In this document: positions 18,173-25,610 of the stretch, piece after piece
Layout: every line of letters begins with the position of its first letter
Numbering within the stretch: the stretch's first letter is position 1
NCBI GenBank assembly: GCA_044447965.1
Contig: JBIOGJ010000020.1
Coordinates: 15,538-47,537, forward strand
Direction of reading: 5' to 3'
Source of the DNA: Thermoanaerobaculales bacterium
Lineage (GTDB): Bacteria > Acidobacteriota > Thermoanaerobaculia > Thermoanaerobaculales > Thermoanaerobaculaceae
DNA length: 32,000 nucleotides
Position numbers and translations under genes: made by a program
Notes under the pieces: model-generated
What the model was told of the DNA's origin: nothing
What the model saw: the letters and a program-made list of their open reading frames with translations, nothing else
Database searches by the model: none

Positions 18173-19491
18173 GCGCGCACGGGCGCGAGGCCCGCCTCCA
18201 TTGGTACTTCCTCTCTCGCCCTCTCACGGACTGCCTGGAAGTACAGGGCAAGAGGCCGATCGATCATGTGCGCCCACTCGCCGAACGGCACCTCCACCAC
18301 GACCATCGGCACGAGGATGACGAGGTGGGCGGCGTAGGCGTAGTGAGCGGTCAGCGCCATCCCGAGCAGCCGGAGGACGTGAATCGCGATCCCGCTCACA
18401 GCCGTGAGCCACAGCAGCAGTGGAAGCGTGACCGGTCCTTCCTTCCGCGCGGTCCCGTGCCGCCGGCGGATGCGCCGGAGGATCACGTCGGTCGTGCCCC
18501 AGAGGATGAACGCGGTGGCCAAGTAGCCCAGCCACCTCTGTGGGTGATACAGGGGGTAGATCTTGTCGGTCTGGAACCGGCCCAGGAACGCCACGGTCAG
18601 GACGAACATGAGCACCGTGCCGAGCGCCATCAGCCAGTGTTTGAGCCACCGCCGCGGGACCGCCTCGGCGCTCCCCGCGTAGAGCCACCAGCCGACCACC
18701 GGCGCGCCGCGCGCCTCCGACGGGCACTTCCGCAACTGGCGGTGGGTAAGCATGTGAACCATCAGCGTCCGGGCTTCGGCGAGGAGGTGGCGCGGCGCCG
18801 GTCGTGTCCGGCCCATGGTGAGCCGATACATCCGCCAGACATGGGTGACGAGGACGATCGCCGGCAGCGCGTAGACGAGCCACGTGAAGTAAAGGATCTT
18901 CGGGAACATGTGGCCGATGCCCATGGGGGTCGCGACGAAGTCCGGAACTGACAGCCCCACCCAACGGAGGTGGTATGCGACCACCAGTGCGAGCACGACA
19001 GCCCCCACTGCCAGGAGCGACCCTAAGTGCCACGCCCGGGAGCGGAGGATTCTGGCGGATAGCCCGGTCCAGTCGTACTCCCCTGTCAGGTAGCGACGCA
19101 GCGTCCGCATCGACGCCGCCGGGTCCGCCTGGCGCGGGCATTTGAGGGAGCAGTCCCCACAATCGTGACACAGCCACGGCTCCAGGCCCGCGACGACGGC
19201 CTCGCGGAGTCCGAGGACGACGTGGCGGATGGGCTTGCGCGGGAACGTCACATCGCCGAGCGCCAACTCGCAGGCGACCGAGCAGCCGCCACAGTTGAGG
19301 CAGCTCGTGTCGAACTTCCCCAGGCGTTGAACCTCGCTGAGCAGAGAGGAGTCGACCCGCAACGGGGACCGCGCTGCAACGCCCGCCTCCAGGCGTGCGG
19401 ACGCCATCACCTGACACGAGGCGGCGTCTAGCGGCGCAGTCACGGCCCCGCGCTGGTCGCTCGACGTACCCGCAGCGTCGTCCCGCCCCAT
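18169..19491 (-). CDS. QmoC-like membrane subunit: HdrC-type 2x[4Fe-4S] domain fused to a NarI/HdrE/DsrM-like (putative di-heme b) transmembrane domain
   Basis: The N-terminal soluble part has CLNCGGCSVACE ... CHDCGDCSLKCP. About 6 hydrophobic helices follow, with conserved-looking His residues and a C-terminal VPFGEWAHM motif (the NarI-family PFxxxxH type). The start is uncertain: GTG 19554, ATG 19491 or ATG 19407. Confidence 0.75.
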   Translation of the reverse strand: MGRDDAAGTSSDQRGAVTAPLDAASCQVMASARLEAGVAARSPLRVDSSLLSEVQRLGKFDTSCLNCGGCSVACELALGDVTFPRKPIRHVVLGLREAVVAGLEPWLCHDCGDCSLKCPRQADPAASMRTLRRYLTGEYDWTGLSARILRSRAWHLGSLLAVGAVVLALVVAYHLRWVGLSVPDFVATPMGIGHMFPKILYFTWLVYALPAIVLVTHVWRMYRLTMGRTRPAPRHLLAEARTLMVHMLTHRQLRKCPSEARGAPVVGWWLYAGSAEAVPRRWLKHWLMALGTVLMFVLTVAFLGRFQTDKIYPLYHPQRWLGYLATAFILWGTTDVILRRIRRRHGTARKEGPVTLPLLLWLTAVSGIAIHVLRLLGMALTAHYAYAAHLVILVPMVVVEVPFGEWAHMIDRPLALYFQAVRERAREEVPMEAGLAPVRA

Positions 19492-19627
19492 TGCGGCGTC
19501 CCCCCAGCCACCCCGGCGGTTGGCATCCGGCCGATCCCTCCCGATACCCACCACACACAGGAAAGACCGAACAAAACGCCTGATCGAAACCTGAGACTAC
19601 TCCCCCCCGACAGGTGACCCAGTTATC

Positions 19628-19656
19628 AGAATCAACCTGCGGTACGGCGTTGTCAA
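19628..19656 (-). promoter_or_regulatory. Weak candidate sigma70-type promoter for the hydrogenase operon
   Basis: The minus strand has TTGACA (19656-19651), a 17 nt spacer, then GATTCT. It lies in the lowest-GC intergenic stretch of the window (19555-19737). The -10 element is poor. Confidence 0.25.
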
Positions 19657-19737
19657 GGGGGTGTCACGTTAAGTAAACAGAGATTGCGTTTAAATATCAT
19701 GGCACGTCGTCAAAGACCGGTACTCGCGGTTATGGCT

Positions 19738-19992
19738 TCAGGACAAGCCGGAGCGGGCGAGGCACGCGTGGCGCGAAGCCGGAAGGATTGCGAGGTGCGG
19801 CTCTAGATCGGTGTTCTCCTTGTGCCACGGCATGGCCGCCGGCCCGAACCGCGTCCCATCAGTCGGCCCGATCGCATCGACGACCTCGTCGGAAACCGCT
19901 GCAATCACCACCAAGCCGGCGCGCGCCCAAGCGGCGCCGAGCCGTTCGACTTCGAAACGCTGCTCCTGCGAATGCACAGGCAATGCGCGCGC
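19738..19992 (-). pseudogene. Internally deleted remnant of a class-I glutamine amidotransferase, paralogous to the gene at 7890-8585
   Basis: The translation is ARALPVHSQEQRFEVERLGAAWARAGLVVIAAVSDEVVDAIGPTDGTRFGPAAMPWHKENTDLEPHLAILPASRHACLARSGLS*. It aligns to the first ~26 aa (MRVLLVHSDDRPFEVERFGTAWALAG) and the last ~59 aa (GAGLVAAAIAPDGVIEAIEPAAGDRFVLGVQWHPENLTQEPHVAIFRAFRCACLGAASG*) of the intact gene. There is no start codon and the catalytic Cys region is absent. Confidence 0.7.
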
Positions 19993-20054
19993 GCCGTGAT
20001 TCTCGTGCTGCGACTCCCAGCGTTCTTCGTGGGCCAATCCCCACTCCAGGCGGG

Positions 20055-20756
20055 TCAGACGCCGAGCACGATCACGATCAGCCCCGAGCCGGCGATCACC
20101 GCCCCCGCGAGCGCGTGCGACCAGCGCTCGAACGCCGCGAGGGGGAGCCGCTTCACGCCGGAGAGCGCGAGGGAGACCAACGTCAGCATGGTCGCGATCG
20201 TGATCACCGAGAAGACCACGGCGGTGAGCGCGGCGGTCTCCCAGCGCCCACGGCTTGCCGGCAACACGAACAGCGGTATCAGCGGCTCGCACGGTCCCAG
20301 CACGAAGATCGTAAAGAGTGCCCAGAACGTCGTGCGGGAGCGGTCGACTCCCGCGTGCTCGTGGCGTTGCTCGCCTTGCGTGTGGAGATGGACATGCCCA
20401 TGATGGACGTGCGGCACGAGTCCGGTCCGCTGCCGCACCGCGTGGCGCACGCCCCAGACGGCGTACGCGAGGCCGAATGCCACGAGTGCCCAGGCGGCGA
20501 GGCCGCCGCGAGCGTTCTCGGCAGCGGTGAGGTGGGCAACTCCGAATCCAAGCGCCAATCCGACGACACCGAGCACAACCGACGAACCGACGTGCCCCAG
20601 GCCGCACAGGAACGTCACCACCAAGGTCCGCCGCTGGCTCCACCCTCGTGCCTGGGCGAGCATCACGAACGGCAGGGTGTGATCCGGCCCCAGCACGGTA
20701 TGCGTCAGCGCGATCGCCGCCGCCGCGATGAGGAGGTCGAGCGAAAAGGCGTCCAT
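20055..20756 (-). CDS. Putative nickel/cobalt transporter (HupE/UreJ- or NicO/UreH-like membrane protein) with a His-rich loop
   Basis: There are 6-7 hydrophobic helices. The first helix has the motif ALTHTVLGPDHTLPFVML (the H-x4-G-x-DH type seen in HupE/UreJ-like Ni permeases). The central loop is PHVHHGHVHLHTQGEQRHEH and there is a GPCEPLIP motif. The ATG at 20756 overlaps the hypE stop (TGATG). Confidence 0.7.
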   Translation of the reverse strand: MDAFSLDLLIAAAAIALTHTVLGPDHTLPFVMLAQARGWSQRRTLVVTFLCGLGHVGSSVVLGVVGLALGFGVAHLTAAENARGGLAAWALVAFGLAYAVWGVRHAVRQRTGLVPHVHHGHVHLHTQGEQRHEHAGVDRSRTTFWALFTIFVLGPCEPLIPLFVLPASRGRWETAALTAVVFSVITIATMLTLVSLALSGVKRLPLAAFERWSHALAGAVIAGSGLIVIVLGV

Positions 20757-21832
20757 CAGCAGATCCGCGGCAGCTCGGCGCCAGCCAGGAGATCGAGCGG
20801 CCGCTCGGTGCCGTACGGTGTGCGCAGCGCCACCGGCCCGGCATGCGGCGAACGCGCCTCGACCCGGCCGATCCGCGCGGCCCCGTTGCCCAACGTATGC
20901 GCGGCAAGCGCCGCGAGCGCCCGCTCGCCGTCGTGCTCTGCCACCCACACGAGCGCCCGTCCCTCGCACGCGACGTAGAGCGGATCGAGGCCCAACAGCT
21001 CGCACACCGCCCGCACCTGCGGCCGGACCGGGATCGCCGCGCCTTCGAGCACGATGCGGCTCCCCGATCTCGACGCCACCTCGTGGCAGGTGGTGGCGAC
21101 GCCACCGCGAGTGGGATCGTGGAGCGCGTGCACGTCGGCGCCGGAGGCGAGCAGCGCATTCACCAACGAGGCGAGCGGCGCGCAATCGGAGGCGAGCCCT
21201 TCTCCGCCGATCTGGTGCCGGCATGCCATCACGGTCGCGCCATGGTCGCCGATCGGACCGGAGACGAGTACCGCGTCGCCCGCCGTGACACGGTGATCGC
21301 CAAGGTCGCGGCCGGGCGGCACCACGCCCAGACCCGAGGTGACCACGTACGCGCGGTCGCCCTTGCCGCGCGGCACCACCTTGGTGTCTCCGGCGACGAT
21401 CGCCACGCCCGCCTCTTTCGCCGCGCGCGCGGCGCCGCGCACGAAGGTGCGCAGCAGCTCGACCTCGAGACCCTCCTCGAGCACCAGCGCCCAGGTGAGC
21501 GCATGCGGCACCGCCCCTGCCACCGCGAGATCGTTGACGGTGCCACACACCGAGAGGTAGCCAAGGTCACCGCCGGGGAACACCGGCGGGTCCACGACAA
21601 ACGCATCGGTGGTGAGCGCCACCCGGCCCGGCGGCAGCGGTTCGAGGACGGCGGAGTCGGACAGCGTCGCGAGAGCCGGGTTGGCCAGGGCGGGCAGGAA
21701 CAGCTCTCGCACCAGCTCCTGGGTCAGGCGCCCGCCGCCGCCATGGGCGAGCAGGATCCGCTCGACCGCCGCACTCCCTTGCGGCTCCGCGTCTGTGGCC
21801 TCTGATCTACCCGCGGTGCGCTTCGCCATCAC
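20756..21832 (-). CDS. hypE: Hydrogenase maturation protein HypE (carbamoyl dehydratase)
   Basis: Motifs seen: LLAHGGGG, DAFVVDPPVFPGGDLG, CGTVNDLAVAGA, and the diagnostic C-terminal PRIC. Confidence 0.93.
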   Translation of the reverse strand: MMAKRTAGRSEATDAEPQGSAAVERILLAHGGGGRLTQELVRELFLPALANPALATLSDSAVLEPLPPGRVALTTDAFVVDPPVFPGGDLGYLSVCGTVNDLAVAGAVPHALTWALVLEEGLEVELLRTFVRGAARAAKEAGVAIVAGDTKVVPRGKGDRAYVVTSGLGVVPPGRDLGDHRVTAGDAVLVSGPIGDHGATVMACRHQIGGEGLASDCAPLASLVNALLASGADVHALHDPTRGGVATTCHEVASRSGSRIVLEGAAIPVRPQVRAVCELLGLDPLYVACEGRALVWVAEHDGERALAALAAHTLGNGAARIGRVEARSPHAGPVALRTPYGTERPLDLLAGAELPRIC

Positions 21833-21844
21833 CCACCTCTCGCC

Positions 21845-22942
21845 CTAGGCCTGCACCCGCTCGTGGCGATACCAGGCGGCGCAGGTCCCCTCGCTCGATA
21901 CCATGCACGCCCCAATCGCCGTGGACGGCGTGCAGATGGTCGCGAAAAGCGGACATTCAGGCGGATCGATGCTGCCCTTGAGAACCTCGCCGCAGCGGCA
22001 ACCCTCAGGCTCCACCGGCTCCGGCACGTCCACCTCGATGCGCGACGCGTCGCGGCGGGCGAACTCGGGCCGCAGCGCAAGCCCCGATCCTGGGATCGCA
22101 CCGAGCCCACGCCACACCACGTCTGCCGGAGTGAAGAAGCGATCCACGAGCGCACGTGCGGTCGTGTTGCCCTCCGCTGTCACCACCCGCGTGTAGAGGT
22201 TGACGACCTCGGTCCGACCGTGTGCGAGCCGATCAACCAGCGCCTCGACACCGCGCAGCACATCGGTGGGGGTGAAGCCGACGACGGCCGCCGGCAGGCC
22301 GAACTCCTCGGCAACGAAGGCGAAGGCGTTCGCGCCGGTGATTACCGAGACGTGGCCAGGAAGCAAGAAACCGTCCACCTTGACCTCGGGGTCGCGGGCG
22401 AGCGCACGCATCGGCGGCGGCATGATCTTGTGCCCGGAGAGGACGTGGAAGTTCGTGACTCCATCGGCCTCGGCTTCGGCCAACGCCGCAGCCACGGTAG
22501 GCACCGTGGTCTCGAAGCCAACCCCGAGGAAGACCACGGCTTGGTCAGGGTTTTCCCGCGCGAGCTGCAACGCATCCCGCGGCGAATAGACGATGTGCAC
22601 TGCGCCGCCCTCGGCCCGCACCCGCTCGAGACTGCCCTTCGACGACGGCACCCGCACGAGGTCGCCGAACGTCGCCACGATCGTTCCCGGCCGGCGCGCG
22701 AGCGCCTCGGCGCGGTCCACGTACCCCACCGGCGTAACGCACACCGGACAACCGGGACCCGCGATCAGGCGCACCGTGGGCGGCAACAGCCGGCGCAGCC
22801 CCGCGGCGGCAATCGCGTGGGTGTGCGTGCCGCAAACCTCCATCAGAGTGACCCGTCGCGTCAACCCCTCGGCCGCACCCACGATACGGGCCACCAGCCC
22901 CTTGACCGCATGGGGATCGACAAGGGCCGCCGCAATGCTCAT
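21845..22942 (-). CDS. hypD: Hydrogenase maturation protein HypD
   Basis: Motifs seen: MEVCGTHTH, GPGCPVCVTP, GFETT, PGHVS, and a C-terminal Cys cluster (CRCGEVLKG...CPLF...C). Confidence 0.93.
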   Translation of the reverse strand: MSIAAALVDPHAVKGLVARIVGAAEGLTRRVTLMEVCGTHTHAIAAAGLRRLLPPTVRLIAGPGCPVCVTPVGYVDRAEALARRPGTIVATFGDLVRVPSSKGSLERVRAEGGAVHIVYSPRDALQLARENPDQAVVFLGVGFETTVPTVAAALAEAEADGVTNFHVLSGHKIMPPPMRALARDPEVKVDGFLLPGHVSVITGANAFAFVAEEFGLPAAVVGFTPTDVLRGVEALVDRLAHGRTEVVNLYTRVVTAEGNTTARALVDRFFTPADVVWRGLGAIPGSGLALRPEFARRDASRIEVDVPEPVEPEGCRCGEVLKGSIDPPECPLFATICTPSTAIGACMVSSEGTCAAWYRHERVQA

Positions 22943-23166
22943 GCGTCGCCGCCCGCCGCGGCCACCTGACGCAACAGCTCCAGGGTCACCTGCGCCTCGG
23001 CTTCGTCAACCACACCAATGGCGTAGCCGGCGTGGACGAGGAGATACTCGCCCAGCTTCGCCTCCGGGTGCAGCAGCAGGGAGACTTCCCGCCGCACGCC
23101 GTCCAGTTCGGCCACGCCCAACGCCTCATCGCGCTCCACCAACTTCATCGGCACCGCCAGGCACAT
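22939..23166 (-). CDS. hypC: Hydrogenase maturation chaperone HypC (75 aa)
   Basis: The N-terminus is the canonical MCLAVPMKLV. The ATG at 23166 overlaps the hypF stop and the gene's own stop overlaps the hypD ATG (ATGA). The longer track ORF (to 23343) lies inside hypF. Confidence 0.9.
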   Translation of the reverse strand: MCLAVPMKLVERDEALGVAELDGVRREVSLLLHPEAKLGEYLLVHAGYAIGVVDEAEAQVTLELLRQVAAAGGDA

Positions 23167-25610
23167 CACGCGCCTCCTTGAACCACTGTCGCTTCGCCAC
23201 CGCTCGCGAGCGCGCCCAGCACCACCTGCCCATACGCGATCCCGCCGTCGCCGGGCGGCACGCTCCACGGCATCAAGACCTCGAGACCGAGCACTGTTAG
23301 CGTTTCCCCCAATCCCTGGCGGAGGAGCCGGTTCACCAGGCACCCTCCTCCTAAGGCTACCACCGGAACACCTCGCGGGATCACCCGCTTCGTCAACTCC
23401 GCGGCGAGCCGGCTGAACGTTGCATGAAAGCTGGCAGCGACCGATGCGGCTTGCTCGCCCGCGATCACCCGTCGCGCGGCCGCCGCGAGCAGCGCAGCGG
23501 TGGGGAGGACCGTGTTCCGTTGACGCTCTCCCGTGGAGGAATCACCACCCGCCCCATGGCGATCTCCCAACTGGACCTCGTCCCACGAGGCAACCGGGCC
23601 GATCCACGCCGTCGCGAGCGATTCGAGGCGGGCCGCGGCTTCCCCTTCGTAGCCATTGGCCGCAATCAAACCGAGCAGTGCGCCCGCCGCCTCGAACACC
23701 CGCCCCGCGCCGGTCGCCATCGGCCAGCCCGGCTGTTCCGCGAGGCGCGCCACGGTGGCGATCTCCCCAGCCGACACAAGGTCGGCCACCGGGAGACGCG
23801 GCACCAGCTCGCCCGCGCCAGCGCGGACGAGGGCGCCAGCCAGCACCCGCCACGGCGCCCGCACCGCCGCCTCGCCCCCCACCAGCGGCAGCGGCTCGAG
23901 GTGCGCGAGACGCCGCCAGCCGCCATCGCCACCGAGGAGCAACCACTCGCCGCCCCAGGCGGTGCCGTCCGGTCCCCACCCGGTGCCGTCAAGGATGAGC
24001 GCGAGCGCCTGCTCGTCGCGCCGGGGAAAGCGCCCGTGTTCGGCAAGCGTGGCGGCCGCATGCGCGACGTGGTGCTGCACCCGCGTGAGGCTAACGCCGC
24101 GATCTCGCGCCAGCTCCTCGCCGAGCCACGTGCTCGGGTAGTCCGGATGGCTGTCCACCACGATGCGCGCTCCCCGCGCGTCGAGGAACTCCTCGAGCTC
24201 CGCGATCGTCTCGCGCAGGAAGGCGCGTGCTGGCTCGCTGTCGAGGTCACCGACGTGTTGGGCGAAGAACGCCTCGCGGCCTACGCCCAAGCATGCGGTG
24301 GCCTGCAGGTATGGCCCAAGCGCGAGAACCGGGACTTCGCACGCCACCGGCAGCGGCAACGCCGCCGGCACGTAGCCGCGGGCGCGCCTGACCAGCACCG
24401 ACCCGGCCTCGGTCGCGCGCGCCACCGAGTCGTCCGCGCGGCGCACGACGTCGCGGTCATGGAGCAAGAAGAGGTCGGCGATGCCCGCCAGCCGCCCCAG
24501 CGCCTCGCGGTTACCTCGACAGATCGGTTCGTCCGCGGCGTTGCCTGAGGTCATTACCAATGCCTCCAACGGCAGGCCGCGGAACAGCTCCACGTGCAGT
24601 GGCGTGGTAGGCAGCATCACGCCGAGATCGGCGAGCCCGGGCGCCACGCCGGGCGCCACCGGCGCGGAAGGACGACGTGGCGCGAGCAGCACCGGCGCCC
24701 GTGGCGAGGTCAGTAATGCCTCGTCTACCGGCGCGAGAGCGACGAAGCGGCGCGCCGTCTCCAGGTCCCGCACCATCAGCGCCAGGGGTTTGCTCGGTCG
24801 GTGCTTGCGCTCGCGCAGCCGAGCGACGGCCGCTTCGTCATCCGCGCGGCAGGCAAGTTGGAACCCACCGAACCCCTTGACCGCCACGACTGACCCGGCA
24901 ACCAGCGCGTCGCGTGCCTGCTGCAACGCCGCGGCTCCCGTCGCTATCGCGGCAGCGGGGCCAGCATCGGTCGGCGCTGCATCAACCGCGGCGGGGCCCG
25001 CACCCCGATTTTCGAGCTGCGGCCCCTGGAGCCACAGCCGCGGCCCACACGCCGGGCAGCACACCGGCTCGGCGTGGAAACGGCGGTCGGTAGGGTCCTC
25101 GTATTCGGCTTGGCATCGCGGGCAGAGTGGGAAGCACGCCATCGAGGTGCGCTCGCGGTCGTACGGGAGCGCGGTCACAAGCGTGAAGCGCGGGCCGCAG
25201 TTCGTGCAGGTGGTGAACGGGTAGCGATGGCGTCGATCGGCGGGGTTCTCCATCTCTCTCCGGCACTCGGCGCACAGCGCTGCATCCGGGGGCACCAGCG
25301 CGCGCCGCCGCGCGCCGCCTTGCGACGTCAGTACCACGAAGTCGTGCTCGCCTTGCGGCGTCACCTCGTGAGTCGCGAGCTCCGCGAGGCTTGCGAGTGG
25401 CGGCAGCGAGAGCGGCAGCTCCCGCCGGAACGCTTGCACCTGCGCGAGCGGACCCTCGACTTCGATCACCACGCCGTCGGGGTCGTTGCGCACGAAGCCA
25501 CCGAGGCCCAACGAGCTGGCCAGCCGGTGCACCGTCGGCCGGAACCCCACGCCCTGCACCACCCCGCGACACACCAGCCGCAGCCGCGCTGGTTGGGCAG
25601 GCTCGCTCAC
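23166..25610 (-). CDS. hypF: Carbamoyltransferase HypF
   Basis: It has an acylphosphatase domain (VQGVGFRPTVHRLA), two Zn-finger pairs (CAECRREM...CTNCGPRF; CPRCQAEY...CPACGPRL), and YrdC-like and Kae1-like regions. I chose the GTG at 25610, which overlaps the hypB stop (GTGA). ATG 25658 is an alternative. Confidence 0.92.
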   Translation of the reverse strand: MSEPAQPARLRLVCRGVVQGVGFRPTVHRLASSLGLGGFVRNDPDGVVIEVEGPLAQVQAFRRELPLSLPPLASLAELATHEVTPQGEHDFVVLTSQGGARRRALVPPDAALCAECRREMENPADRRHRYPFTTCTNCGPRFTLVTALPYDRERTSMACFPLCPRCQAEYEDPTDRRFHAEPVCCPACGPRLWLQGPQLENRGAGPAAVDAAPTDAGPAAAIATGAAALQQARDALVAGSVVAVKGFGGFQLACRADDEAAVARLRERKHRPSKPLALMVRDLETARRFVALAPVDEALLTSPRAPVLLAPRRPSAPVAPGVAPGLADLGVMLPTTPLHVELFRGLPLEALVMTSGNAADEPICRGNREALGRLAGIADLFLLHDRDVVRRADDSVARATEAGSVLVRRARGYVPAALPLPVACEVPVLALGPYLQATACLGVGREAFFAQHVGDLDSEPARAFLRETIAELEEFLDARGARIVVDSHPDYPSTWLGEELARDRGVSLTRVQHHVAHAAATLAEHGRFPRRDEQALALILDGTGWGPDGTAWGGEWLLLGGDGGWRRLAHLEPLPLVGGEAAVRAPWRVLAGALVRAGAGELVPRLPVADLVSAGEIATVARLAEQPGWPMATGAGRVFEAAGALLGLIAANGYEGEAAARLESLATAWIGPVASWDEVQLGDRHGAGGDSSTGERQRNTVLPTAALLAAAARRVIAGEQAASVAASFHATFSRLAAELTKRVIPRGVPVVALGGGCLVNRLLRQGLGETLTVLGLEVLMPWSVPPGDGGIAYGQVVLGALASGGEATVVQGGA

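Noticed and set aside
19700-19716. A TGGCAC hexamer suggesting a sigma54 (-24) element near the hydrogenase operon
   Set aside because: It lies on the plus strand, the wrong orientation for the operon. It is followed by GTCGTCAAAG rather than N5-TTGC, so there is no -12 element.
19738-21548. Long minus-strand ORFs 19738-21159 (473 aa) and 20055-21548 (497 aa)
   Set aside because: Only their 3' ends are meaningful (the amidotransferase remnant and the Ni-transporter-like gene). The upstream parts read through hypE out of frame and are Arg-rich nonsense.
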